A stretch of 64,000 bases of DNA, from IMG/VR virus record IMGVR_UViG_3300037400_002699, positions 32,001-96,000 of that record; one strand, written 5' to 3'. The stretch comes from a virus (taxonomy: Duplodnaviria > Caudoviricetes). Under the pieces are notes generated by a model. That model did no database searches, was not told where the DNA came from, and worked only from the letters and a program-made list of their open reading frames with translations. The position numbers and the translations under genes were made by a program. Shown piece after piece: positions 18,780 to 28,887 of the stretch (positions are counted from its first letter, which is position 1; each line of letters starts with the position of its first letter).

Positions 18780-19436
18780 ATGGAAAATAATAGAAAGAAA
18801 GACATGAATGTTGAACGTGAGATTGCAGCATTCCTTGACGAATATTTATATTCAAATAATGAACTATTCTCTGAATTTGCAAGAACAGATGGGAAAGATG
18901 AACAAATAAGCGGCTCAGACCTTATTTTAAGTACCTCTGACAAGAGATTATACAGAGTTGTGGTAGATGAGAAGGTTGCTGCAAGATATGCGAACACAGG
19001 ACTTGACACATTCTCTCTTGAGTTATCGTTTATTGGCAAAGGTGAAAAGAAAAGATGTGGTTGGTTTCTTGATTATTCCAAGAAAACCCAATATTATCTA
19101 CTTGGGTGGATTGTAAAGGCTGATATACAGTATGATGAACAAAAGAAGAGGTATGATACTGACAGCATTACAAAAGAGAATATAAAGGAACTTGATTGGT
19201 GTCTTGTATCAAGGGAGAAGATTGTAAAGTTTCTTGAAAAGAAGGGCTGGACTCTTGATAAATTATCAAAGCAAGACCAGAGCATAAGAGGGAGAGGATA
19301 CGTCAAGACAAAGGAGTTTGTTGATGGTATCTCCTTTAGATACAGTGATAGGTATATTGAAAAGCCAATTAATATTTTACTAAAGAAACAAACATATATT
19401 GATTTGTCTGACTATCACGGGAAAATAATGTGCTAA
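18780..19436 (+). CDS. PD-(D/E)xK-fold nuclease-like protein
   Basis: Q..GSD...VDEK...FSLEL pattern; GWF. Confidence 0.6.
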   Translation: MENNRKKDMNVEREIAAFLDEYLYSNNELFSEFARTDGKDEQISGSDLILSTSDKRLYRVVVDEKVAARYANTGLDTFSLELSFIGKGEKKRCGWFLDYSKKTQYYLLGWIVKADIQYDEQKKRYDTDSITKENIKELDWCLVSREKIVKFLEKKGWTLDKLSKQDQSIRGRGYVKTKEFVDGISFRYSDRYIEKPINILLKKQTYIDLSDYHGKIMC

Positions 19437-19447
19437 AAAAAAATTAA

Positions 19448-19975
19448 ATGATAAATAGAAAACTTAATGAGACAGTTAGGCAATTTTATTTTACTGGACG
19501 GTTGGATGAGGATTTCGTAATGGATTCTGTTAAATATACGCTTGGCGGGGCTGTTGAAAGGTCTACTCAGTCTGAGGACAAATATGACCATATAGACTTC
19601 TGGTGGGACAGCCCAAAGAAGGGAAGGATTGGAATTGATGTCAAGGGGATAAAAAGGAACAGTAGGGGTGATGAAAAGCAAGATGACAGTATACAGTGGC
19701 TTGAGTTACAAGGAATAACAGGTAAGCCTGGGTGGTTATATGGGAAGGCTGAGTATATTGCATTCAGAACGTTCAGCAAGATAATATTTGTAAAGCGTGA
19801 AAAACTGCTTTCTTTTGCTCTAGAATGCGTTAAAGGTAAGGAGACGGTATATGACACGCCAAAGGAGTGTTACGTGCCTTACAAGCGAAAGAAATGGGGT
19901 AGGGATGACCTTTCATTCAAGGTTAATACCAGTGATTTGGAGGAAATTGCAGATTTCTGCATTGATTGTGCTTAA
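19448..19975 (+). CDS. PD-(D/E)xK-fold nuclease-like protein
   Basis: HIDF...IDVKG...WLE...GWLYGKAEYIAF pattern. Confidence 0.65.
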   Translation: MINRKLNETVRQFYFTGRLDEDFVMDSVKYTLGGAVERSTQSEDKYDHIDFWWDSPKKGRIGIDVKGIKRNSRGDEKQDDSIQWLELQGITGKPGWLYGKAEYIAFRTFSKIIFVKREKLLSFALECVKGKETVYDTPKECYVPYKRKKWGRDDLSFKVNTSDLEEIADFCIDCA

Positions 19976-20003
19976 GATACTTGTACGCAAGTGTAGCTGT
20001 AAT

Positions 20004-20030
20004 TAAGGTACTGAGAGGTCAGTACCTTTT
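20004..20030. terminator. Intrinsic terminator between convergent genes
   Basis: AAGGTACTGA-GAGG-TCAGTACCTTTT. Confidence 0.75.
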
Positions 20031-20739
20031 ATTTTGGAATTCTATTAAGTTTCCATATGGACGTTTGTATGTAATCAAACGCTAAATATATTGGATTTTT
20101 CATGAACCTATCATCAGAATCTACAACTTCATCACGAGTCTTTTTCATTTCTTTTTCAAGAGTTTCTACGTTAAGTTTTCCTGTGAATCTATTCTTAGAG
20201 TACAGCCAAACTAGCATATCATTAATATCATCAAGTCTACCTATACTCCAAAGAGCCAAAGGTTTAAGCTGTCCGTTAAGATACTTATCAAAGAATCCTT
20301 TGTCAATAAGGTCTGCAACAGCCTTTTTACAGTCCCTATTTGTCTCATAGTTATTTCTTTCCTGTTCTATAAGCATATAATCGTATAATTCTTCAAGTGA
20401 CATATTCTTAAACTGTGGCTTTATTTTTTTTTCAACATATTCAACCTGCTTTTTTGAGAATGGTATATTACCTATTGAATGATATATCTTGTAATCATCA
20501 AATTCTGGAAGTTTCTCGCCATTATCAATCATCTTAATTGTTTTTGCAAATGCTATCTGATGTATAATTTTGTCTTTATTACCATTATATCTGCTTTGGT
20601 AGTAGGGGTAAAACAGCCATCTAGCTTTATTCATCTTGTCATTTGTGACGAAAAAATCACCATCCTGGTAAAAATTATTATTTCCAGGATTACCAAATAG
20701 TGATACAAACTTGGCTTTTGTTATTTTTACTCTTTTCAT
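20029..20739 (-). CDS. Hypothetical protein (late-type promoter)
   Basis: 236-aa ORF; TATTTAT at 20755-20761 on minus strand; N-terminus MKRVKITK resembles the leader start. Confidence 0.7.
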   Translation of the reverse strand: MKRVKITKAKFVSLFGNPGNNNFYQDGDFFVTNDKMNKARWLFYPYYQSRYNGNKDKIIHQIAFAKTIKMIDNGEKLPEFDDYKIYHSIGNIPFSKKQVEYVEKKIKPQFKNMSLEELYDYMLIEQERNNYETNRDCKKAVADLIDKGFFDKYLNGQLKPLALWSIGRLDDINDMLVWLYSKNRFTGKLNVETLEKEMKKTRDEVVDSDDRFMKNPIYLAFDYIQTSIWKLNRIPK

Positions 20740-20802
20740 CTGCCTTTTTTTGTTATAAATAGAGTATTTATAGAGAAATAACTTTATAAATTACATTTTG
20801 AT

Positions 20803-21141
20803 ATGAAGAGTAATATATTAGACTACATGTACGAGGGTTATGGCTATGATATGGATAACCAGCTCCTTTATGTTGACGTTGAGAATTACGAAGAGGCTCT
20901 TACAGAGGTGTCAAAGATGTCAACCGCTGGAATGGAGACCCTTACACACCAGGGTATCGTAGGTCACGAGCCACAGCTTAAGGTTGAGGATGCTAGGAAG
21001 TACTCAGAAGTTGGACAGTTCATTTCTGAGAATGGTGCTAACTACACAGACCTTAGACAGGGTGTTTGTGCTTGCAACGCTAACGGTTCTACCAACCCAA
21101 GTCCAGTTGAGCCAGAGGATGGTGGAGAGAATGGTAATTAA
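20803..21141 (+). CDS. Hypothetical late protein (possibly virion-associated)
   Basis: TATTTAT 20765-20771 upstream; codon usage like the capsid gene. Confidence 0.7.
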   Translation: MKSNILDYMYEGYGYDMDNQLLYVDVENYEEALTEVSKMSTAGMETLTHQGIVGHEPQLKVEDARKYSEVGQFISENGANYTDLRQGVCACNANGSTNPSPVEPEDGGENGN

Positions 21142-21162
21142 TTAGATTTCATATTGTTTTGA

Positions 21163-24100
21163 ATGGGAAAGACTATTAGATTTAACGAGAATGGTTTAAT
21201 AGCAATTAAGGGCAAATTAAACGAAATTATGGTTGGCACTGATGGTGTCAGCCATAATGACGTTTATGGTAATGTTAAGCTATATCATGGCACTACCATC
21301 GATGCATTACTTATGATTATGGAAAGTGGTGTGATGTCAGCGAAGCGTGGAAAACAGCATGGGGAAACATATGGTGTTAATTGGTTCTCGTTGAAGAATG
21401 GTGATAATTTTAATAAGGGGGTATTATTTTCCATTGAAGTCCCAGGGGATGTCTTTAATGAGAGATTTAGGATGATGAATAGCTCTGAGGCAGTATCAAA
21501 GGATGATGACCTGGATATAACTGGTTTTAACCTAACTATTGAAAAGATATGCGGCTTATCAAGAGGGGCTATAAAAAATGCATATGACAGATATGTAAGT
21601 AATGGTGATAGATATCCATTGGAGAGCATTGGATATTTATTTGACCATTTTATTGAAAAAGTGCAAGACGATGACGTTTTGTTCCCTAGCATCTTATATC
21701 ATAATTGGGATAAATATTATCCAATGATTATGAAGAATATACTTGGAAATAATATTAATGAGAGTGTTGCAAAAGAGTTTGCTCCAGTTACTAGTATTGG
21801 TATGGAAAAAGGTGGCGGACCTGGGTTATATGCCCATAAAAAGGAAGTTGATGAAGAAATTGACTTTGATGATAATGGCATGTCAATCAATGACGATAAA
21901 ATACTTGGAAAATACAATCTCAAAGACTTGATACTGTCAAAAACTGGTAACTACGTAACTCTTAACAAAATAGTTGCTAATGAACTTGGTAAGGGGTGTG
22001 GTAGTAAATTTATGGAAGAACTTGCTAGAATTGCCGATAAAAATGGTTGGATTCTAGTTCTTACTCCAGACACTGCATTTGGCGGTTCTTCTGTTTCAAG
22101 GTTGAAGAATTTCTACAAACGATTTGGGTTTGTTCCAAATAAGGGGAAAAATACTGATTTTAACACCAGGGAATCTATGATAAGAAAACCATTAAACGAA
22201 AATAAGTATGATGATTTGTTTGATATACGTAATACAAATAAAAAGATATCAGACTGTGAAGAAGCTATTTCATATTTCAAAAATGTTTCTGATGAGATAA
22301 GGGAGAAAAAGGAGCACATATCTAGTAAATATGGGTGTAAAAGTATGTTTTTTATTGCTAGTATTAATCAAGGGGTAATACAGGCGAACCAGAATGATGT
22401 TAATGAATTTCATAGATTGAGTGACGAAAGGAGAGAAATAGAAGAAAAAATAAAAACTCTCAAAGATTTAATTAAAGAGATAGAGAAGGAAGAAAAAAGG
22501 GAAAAAGAAGCACAAAAGTATCGTTTAGAACAAGAAGAGAATGATAGAATATTTTCTTTAGTAATTGATGAATATGGAACAACAAATAGAATAGAAAATG
22601 CTGAGTATATACTTCCAGACGGAACTATGCTATATTCTGGAGGAGACCATAGAGGTATTGCTAGTATTTATGCTACGAATAATATTAGTATTTTTGATGA
22701 TAAATATCGCTACAATTATGTTGTAGATTTTTTGAATCGTGGCGCAATTAGGTGTCGTATGTTTGACGGGGATGGTATTCTAGATATGACAAGAGAGCCA
22801 ACAGGCAAGCAATACCAAGTTATTAATACATTTGCCCGTTATGCAAGTAATATTAATATAGATTTCACTAGCAATGAAGGAGAAACATTGAATTCAGTAT
22901 CATATTCCAATGCAACGCCACAGAGAATTACTAGCGATATATACAAGTACTATAACGAAGGTATTATACCGCAAGAAAATTCACGATTTGAATCAAAGAA
23001 AAGCAAAAGTATCGTAATATCAGAAAATAAACTTGACGTTATAAAAGAAAATATTGAATCAGAGGTTGAATCGTCAGAGGTTGACCTTTCTTCGTTCAAG
23101 AAACGTGATACACTACCACCAAAGATATGGAAGGATGAAGAGACACTTAACTCAAAGGTTAGATTGAAACTTCTTGACATTGCAGATGACTTCTGGAAGT
23201 TCGTTAACCTTACCTGGGTTGAACCAAAGGGAATTATTATAACTGGCTCTATATGCAACTTCAACTGGTCTAAGTTCTCAGATATAGACCTACACCTAGT
23301 GGTTGACTTTAATGAGATTGACAGCAAAACTGAATTTGTTAAACAATATCTCGATTCGAAGAAGAACGAGTGGAATGCAGAGCATGAGGGATTGAAGATA
23401 ATGGGATTCCCTGTTGAGTTGTATACACAGGATGTTAGCGATAATGTTGAGGCTGGTGGAATATATGACCTGGAGGAGAATGCGTGGATTAGGAAACCTA
23501 ACCCACACACCATTAAGAGCATAGGCCTTGAGAAGTTTGACATCAAGCGCAAGGCGGCTGAGATAATGACAATCATTGATGAAATGTACAAGACATTATC
23601 ATCGACTGATGACGGATATGAAGTAAGTAAGATTGGTGAGGACGCAAGCTACCTATGGGAAAAGGTAAAGAGCTTGAGAAAGAAGAGCCTCACGAAGCGC
23701 GGAGAAAACGGTGCGGGAAATATAGTGTACAAGGTACTTAGAAGAACTGGATACCTTGATAAACTATTTAAATTATTCTCAGCAACATATGATAAGTCAA
23801 ATTCAATAACTGAGGGCGTACAATATGACAGACTTCGCAATGACCAGGTGTTCAGATACCGTGTCATAGCTGATATGGTTAAAGATGGATATGTATTTCA
23901 TGGTACTGGTGAAGACGGAAACGGAGTTGAATGGGATGCTGTTGACCCATCTAAAATAAAGGGTGGCAGCAGAGGAACGTATGGTTATGGTATATACTTT
24001 TCAGACCATGCATATAAGTGTGAGAAATATGCTGGCTACAGTGGTGGGCATTTCATAATAGCAAACATAAAAGGTTTTAACCTCATTAATTTGAGAGACA

Positions 24101-25938
24101 AAATCGATAAGGAAAATAATATCTTTGTTGATAAACAAGTAGAATATCATCGTTTGTGCGATGCATTGGATAATGCTAGAAACAACAGAGAGTATGACAT
24201 GATATTAGCCAAGATAGATGAATATAAGGAAACTGTTGACAAGGAGTTGCTGTATGAAATCACTAGAATCATCGACAAATCTGATGGCGATATTACCTAT
24301 GGGTATCTTAATGAGAACATACCATTGTTGTGGTATATGGAAGGTGATAGCAGAAAAAGGGTTTCAAACTTATATCTTTCTTTAGGCATTGATGGATTTG
24401 CTGTAGACACTGAATTTGTGATATTCAATTTCGATAAACTTAATAACGCCATTGTTAAAAATAAGGAAGAATTGATTTTACAATATGTACAGAAGGCTGG
24501 ATTATCAGAATCTGCCAAGCAATACCTCAAGGTTCTGAAGGAGGAATTTGCAATGGATGGTTCGTCTGAAGGAAACCCTTACGAGAAGAGGTGGAAGGCA
24601 GAGCGTGATGCATTAAAAAACTTTGTTGCCAATTATGGTAAACTGATGCAGTCGAAGGAAGACAATAAGATGGGAAGACTGTACAAGGTCTATTATGACG
24701 AAACGATGTCAAATCTCATAGGATATAACTACTGCATCTGTGTGCAGTGGGATGAATTAACAATGAAACCTAAGAGTACAGTATATATTAGGGCGTTGGA
24801 TAAATTCACTCCATTTATAAGGAGAAATTTGCAATATGATGATAGAGGGTTAGATAACCAAAGAGGTACTTATGATGATAACAGATTTGTTAGAGAATCA
24901 GTAGATGAATTGAATTTATATCATTCTAGCTATAGTAGTTTCGATAAGTTCAATCATAGGAAATATCTAAGTTCTGGTGCTGGTTCTCAAACCTTTGGGT
25001 GGGGAACTTATCTTACAGATTCATATCCTATAGCAAAAGACTATGCTGAAAAGTTTATATTATTGAAATTTAATGAATTTATTGTTAAGGCAGAACCAGA
25101 GAAGTACATTGAAAATAATGGGTCATATGACGAAGAACTAATTAAAGAAGCTGCTAAAACATATAAACAAATAGTAAGATTCAATATTTCATTTAATCCA
25201 GATAAAAGATGGAGTAAAAATTCTTTTAATTCTTCATTAAAAACTGATGAAAATGCAACTGAAAACTATGACAGTGCTTTGAAGGAATACGAACAAGCAA
25301 TACAAATGGCAAAGTCTTGGGCTGAAAATGTTCTTAAAACAGAATTTAATCTTGAAGAATTCAAAGCAAATTATTCAAAAAATAGCATTCTAAAGTTTTC
25401 TAAACAAGAATATATTAATAACGTCAATAGACAAAATGCAATATATCAATTAGTAAAAGAAATGATAAATAATATATGGGATGATGCTGATAAGCACGTT
25501 AGAAAAGAATCCTATATATATGAAGTAGAGACACCAGATGATAATGGCTTAAATTATATTGATTTAAATAATGAAGTTCCAAATGAAATCATAGAAAGCA
25601 TAACTAGTACTCTTTCTAAAATATCAAGAAGATATGGAGGTGAATGGAAAACAATGAGTAAGTGGCGTGAATTCTTATCTTATTGTAATAACGCTCCCAA
25701 AGGAGAAGATATACATGATGAGCTTGGAAAACTAGTAGGAGTAGAAACTTCTATTGGTAATTATGATAAAGCCATATCATTATTCTTACTACAGTGCGGA
25801 ATTGATGGATTCAAATATAAAGCTGGAACTATTTATGGCTTACCAGATGGAGCAGATGAAAATTCTACAAATTATGTTATTTTTGATGCTAATAAAGTAA
25901 GAATCGTTAGTAAGAACCTATTTACTGATACTTTTTAG
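21163..25938 (+). CDS. Polyvalent multi-enzyme protein: ART-like x3, GNAT, Pol-beta nucleotidyltransferase
   Basis: LYHGTT; GKGCGSKF...FYKRFGF; TGSICNFNWSKFSDIDLH...VELY; VFHGT...GIYFS...EFVIF; LYHSS...GWGTYLT...GIDG...NYVIFD. Confidence 0.8.
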   Translation: MGKTIRFNENGLIAIKGKLNEIMVGTDGVSHNDVYGNVKLYHGTTIDALLMIMESGVMSAKRGKQHGETYGVNWFSLKNGDNFNKGVLFSIEVPGDVFNERFRMMNSSEAVSKDDDLDITGFNLTIEKICGLSRGAIKNAYDRYVSNGDRYPLESIGYLFDHFIEKVQDDDVLFPSILYHNWDKYYPMIMKNILGNNINESVAKEFAPVTSIGMEKGGGPGLYAHKKEVDEEIDFDDNGMSINDDKILGKYNLKDLILSKTGNYVTLNKIVANELGKGCGSKFMEELARIADKNGWILVLTPDTAFGGSSVSRLKNFYKRFGFVPNKGKNTDFNTRESMIRKPLNENKYDDLFDIRNTNKKISDCEEAISYFKNVSDEIREKKEHISSKYGCKSMFFIASINQGVIQANQNDVNEFHRLSDERREIEEKIKTLKDLIKEIEKEEKREKEAQKYRLEQEENDRIFSLVIDEYGTTNRIENAEYILPDGTMLYSGGDHRGIASIYATNNISIFDDKYRYNYVVDFLNRGAIRCRMFDGDGILDMTREPTGKQYQVINTFARYASNINIDFTSNEGETLNSVSYSNATPQRITSDIYKYYNEGIIPQENSRFESKKSKSIVISENKLDVIKENIESEVESSEVDLSSFKKRDTLPPKIWKDEETLNSKVRLKLLDIADDFWKFVNLTWVEPKGIIITGSICNFNWSKFSDIDLHLVVDFNEIDSKTEFVKQYLDSKKNEWNAEHEGLKIMGFPVELYTQDVSDNVEAGGIYDLEENAWIRKPNPHTIKSIGLEKFDIKRKAAEIMTIIDEMYKTLSSTDDGYEVSKIGEDASYLWEKVKSLRKKSLTKRGENGAGNIVYKVLRRTGYLDKLFKLFSATYDKSNSITEGVQYDRLRNDQVFRYRVIADMVKDGYVFHGTGEDGNGVEWDAVDPSKIKGGSRGTYGYGIYFSDHAYKCEKYAGYSGGHFIIANIKGFNLINLRDKIDKENNIFVDKQVEYHRLCDALDNARNNREYDMILAKIDEYKETVDKELLYEITRIIDKSDGDITYGYLNENIPLLWYMEGDSRKRVSNLYLSLGIDGFAVDTEFVIFNFDKLNNAIVKNKEELILQYVQKAGLSESAKQYLKVLKEEFAMDGSSEGNPYEKRWKAERDALKNFVANYGKLMQSKEDNKMGRLYKVYYDETMSNLIGYNYCICVQWDELTMKPKSTVYIRALDKFTPFIRRNLQYDDRGLDNQRGTYDDNRFVRESVDELNLYHSSYSSFDKFNHRKYLSSGAGSQTFGWGTYLTDSYPIAKDYAEKFILLKFNEFIVKAEPEKYIENNGSYDEELIKEAAKTYKQIVRFNISFNPDKRWSKNSFNSSLKTDENATENYDSALKEYEQAIQMAKSWAENVLKTEFNLEEFKANYSKNSILKFSKQEYINNVNRQNAIYQLVKEMINNIWDDADKHVRKESYIYEVETPDDNGLNYIDLNNEVPNEIIESITSTLSKISRRYGGEWKTMSKWREFLSYCNNAPKGEDIHDELGKLVGVETSIGNYDKAISLFLLQCGIDGFKYKAGTIYGLPDGADENSTNYVIFDANKVRIVSKNLFTDTF

Positions 25939-25990
25939 AAAATTTTGATATTTATATTAAAAATAAGTTTGAAAAATTAATATATTAATT

Positions 25991-27763
25991 ATGAATAAAG
26001 TAAACACTAACGACACTCTTAACAGAATGAAGTCATTAATGAATTACGGACTTCAGACTGAGAGCAAGAAAGCACCATACAGTGCTGTTGAGTACCAGAA
26101 GGTTGGTGCTGACGGAAAGGTTTATGGTATTGTACGTGAAGGTACTAAGTATTACATAAAGACTGCTCCTAACAAGCAAAACCTTATTAAGGAAGACTTT
26201 GGCTATATTGGTGGTTTCAGAAACAGAAAAGAGAACGAGTACACCAGTTACGCTAATGCTCAGAAAAACTTTGACATGAAGATGATGTCTCTTAAGGAGG
26301 CTTATAATAACCCTACCTTCAATGTAGAGTCTTGGGACTTGAATAAGAAGGAATTGGTTGTTACTGAGGCTTCTGACAAGATGAAGGGTGAGATTCTTCG
26401 TGAGCGTCAGATTATGAAGAACGCTATGAACATCATGGAGAAGAAGACCACTAGCGAGTGTGGAATTTCTGCTGAAATCGCTGGAACACAGAAGGCTAAT
26501 ATGCCTAGTGGAAAGATTGAAACTGGTAATGCTCCAGCCCATAGTGGACCTTTTGAGGAGTGCGGTGATAAGGAACTTCCAAAGGAGATGAAAGAATCTG
26601 TTGTTAAAGAAGAAGAGGTTCTTGGTTGGAACAGAAAGAGTCCAGACTATATGGACAAGTCTCACGGAACTGAAATCGGTGACAGCGCACCATTCGACGA
26701 TGCTGAGGCACGTAACATTGATAACCAGGACAAGAAGGTAACAAAGACTGGTGAAATGAAGAACGGTGTTGTTGAGAATCACGGTGTTTCAATGCATGAC
26801 ACTGACAACCAGAACAAGCCTGGTGTAGGTGTTGGTGAAGGCCCTTCAGATGACAACAACAAACCATTCGATGCTGAGAAGGGAAAGCAGATTGACGAGG
26901 CTGTAGATGGTCTCGATACCCCTCCAATGGATGATGCAGAAGGTGGAGAAGAGCCAATGGGTGATGAGCCAATGGGTGACGAAGCTCCAATTGACGATGC
27001 TGGTGCTGAGGGTGAGCCAGTTGATACTGGAATCGGTGATGAGGCTGGACTTGACGATGAGGAAGGTCTTGACGATGTTGACCTTGATGATGAAGAAGGC
27101 CTTGACGATGATTTCGAGGATGAAGACCCATACGACGAAGAGCTTGAAAACCGTCTTGATTCACTTGAGGATAAGCTTGACATGATTATGAATAAGCTTG
27201 GCGTAGACGAGCCAGCAGTTGACGCTGACAACTACGAGGACGATGACCTATTCGGTGATGAGGACTTCGAGGATGATGACGAGTTTGGTGACGATGACTT
27301 TGAGGGTGAGGAAGGCTTCGGTGAGGATGACCTTGGTGGCACTCCAGAAGACGATGAGTTCGAGGATGAAGACGAGGATGAGTACCCAATGGAGTCAAGA
27401 CGTAGACGTGGCGTTCAGATTTTCGAGACAAGGGCATTCAAGAGAGCAATGCGTAGGAATAGACTTAATGAAGAGGGTATGACCCCATTCACTGATGCAG
27501 GTCGTGTTCCATCTGGAAATATGAACAAGCTCGATGACTTCGGAAAGCACCCAGCATATCAGAAGGTTGTTATGGATTTGCCACCAAAGGATATGAAGGA
27601 ATTCCCTGGCAACTATGACATGAACGACGATTCTGTTAAGAACGACACACCTTATGGTGAGAAGATTGGTGATGGTGCTCCATTCGACATTGACCCAGAG
27701 GCAATCGATAACGCAATTGCTGAAGCTTTTGACCGTTTAAAAAAAAAAGGTAATAGAGGATAA
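25991..27763 (+). CDS. Acidic prohead core/scaffold-like protein
   Basis: Very D/E-rich; repeated G-x-x-PF motifs; shares PFxAEKGKQ with the 39434 product; TATTTAT 25949-55 upstream. Confidence 0.7.
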   Translation: MNKVNTNDTLNRMKSLMNYGLQTESKKAPYSAVEYQKVGADGKVYGIVREGTKYYIKTAPNKQNLIKEDFGYIGGFRNRKENEYTSYANAQKNFDMKMMSLKEAYNNPTFNVESWDLNKKELVVTEASDKMKGEILRERQIMKNAMNIMEKKTTSECGISAEIAGTQKANMPSGKIETGNAPAHSGPFEECGDKELPKEMKESVVKEEEVLGWNRKSPDYMDKSHGTEIGDSAPFDDAEARNIDNQDKKVTKTGEMKNGVVENHGVSMHDTDNQNKPGVGVGEGPSDDNNKPFDAEKGKQIDEAVDGLDTPPMDDAEGGEEPMGDEPMGDEAPIDDAGAEGEPVDTGIGDEAGLDDEEGLDDVDLDDEEGLDDDFEDEDPYDEELENRLDSLEDKLDMIMNKLGVDEPAVDADNYEDDDLFGDEDFEDDDEFGDDDFEGEEGFGEDDLGGTPEDDEFEDEDEDEYPMESRRRRGVQIFETRAFKRAMRRNRLNEEGMTPFTDAGRVPSGNMNKLDDFGKHPAYQKVVMDLPPKDMKEFPGNYDMNDDSVKNDTPYGEKIGDGAPFDIDPEAIDNAIAEAFDRLKKKGNRG

Positions 27764-28322
27764 AGAGCCTAACAAACCACCTAAGTATTTGGATATAGAA
27801 GACGAAATAGGTGGAGATATTAAAAATAATCTAAACAGTGACCCACTAGAAGGTGGTATTGATGGGGTGGATAATTTAGACACATCATTGTCTTCAGTGG
27901 ACACTGGATTAGGTGGCGACGTTACACAGACAGATAATCTTGGCGGTGATATGTCTGGAGACATGACTGGAATGGCAGGCGACCCAAATGCACTTAGTGC
28001 AGGAGGAAACCCAGAGGTACAGCAGTTTGTCCAGGACTTCCAGAATTCTGACCCAGAGACACAGAATAGTACCATGAAGTACTTTGATAGTCAGAAAAAG
28101 GATGGCGGCACTGACCAACCAGCTGATGCAGCAATGCCACCATCACCAGGAGCAATGCCAGAGTCAAAGTTCAACTTCAAGAGAATAATTGATGAGACTT
28201 TCTCAGCAATTTTCGGTGATGGAAACCAAAGCAACTTTGAAAGAGGGACGACTGACAGACCTCAGACAGTAGTAGGTGAGGATGCTTTAACACAGTTAGA
28301 CAATCCATATTTACCAAGATAA
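27741..28322 (+). CDS. Acidic/Gly-rich ORF, possibly a +1 frameshift extension of 25991..27763
   Basis: Frame open from 27741, inside an A10 run; the only nearby start is TTG at 27789. Confidence 0.55.
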   Translation, partial: KKKVIEDKEPNKPPKYLDIEDEIGGDIKNNLNSDPLEGGIDGVDNLDTSLSSVDTGLGGDVTQTDNLGGDMSGDMTGMAGDPNALSAGGNPEVQQFVQDFQNSDPETQNSTMKYFDSQKKDGGTDQPADAAMPPSPGAMPESKFNFKRIIDETFSAIFGDGNQSNFERGTTDRPQTVVGEDALTQLDNPYLPR

Positions 28323-28326
28323 CATA

Positions 28327-28356
28327 AAGGGGATACCAACGGGGTATCCCTTTTTT
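28327..28356 (+). terminator. Intrinsic terminator
   Basis: AAGGGGATACC-AACGG-GGTATCCCTTTTTT. Confidence 0.8.
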
Positions 28357-28389
28357 GTTTGCAATGATATTTATATTAAAATTAATCTT

Positions 28390-28887
28390 ATGAAAGTATA
28401 CGTTAAGAAAGATAAGGTATTGAAGCTTCTTGGAGAAGGTAAGGTGTTCTCAAAGAAGGATTTAATTTTAAGAGAATTTGGTGGAGACACTAATAGCAGT
28501 GATGACGACACTGTTTCAATAAACCTATCACCAGATAATACCAATAAAAACCCATCACAGTTATCACAAAACGCAATAACTGCAAGAAATACAGTAACAG
28601 CACCTGGTAAAAAAATTGTCGGAAATGTTCCTGTTGAAGATGTCAATGGTGTTACTGCTCCAACATTATCACAGAATGACCCTGGTAACGATATGACAAT
28701 TGACTCATCAGATAATACCAGCACAGGCATAAAGAATGCAGCAGTTGCTGCTTCTAAGGCTAGGGTTGGTTCTGTTACAGTTCCAATTAAGGATTCTGTA
28801 AAGTCAAAGAAGGTTATGGATGAAATGAGAGCCAATTCAATACCATTTACAAAGTCAGAGTTAACAAAGTTTCTAAAGAGTCTTTAA
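28390..28887 (+). CDS. Hypothetical late protein
   Basis: TATTTAT 28368-74 upstream; TAATG coupling to the next gene. Confidence 0.7.
   Translation: MKVYVKKDKVLKLLGEGKVFSKKDLILREFGGDTNSSDDDTVSINLSPDNTNKNPSQLSQNAITARNTVTAPGKKIVGNVPVEDVNGVTAPTLSQNDPGNDMTIDSSDNTSTGIKNAAVAASKARVGSVTVPIKDSVKSKKVMDEMRANSIPFTKSELTKFLKSL

Noticed and set aside
18780-19975. Tandem nucleases as a restriction-modification system
   Set aside because: No methyltransferase nearby. Such PD-(D/E)xK-like ORFs are common stand-alone phage genes.
23100-23800. Nucleotidyltransferase domain as a CBASS-type cyclase
   Set aside because: Only the generic Pol-beta GS...DxD...E motif is visible. There are no adjacent CBASS effectors, so the substrate cannot be assigned.
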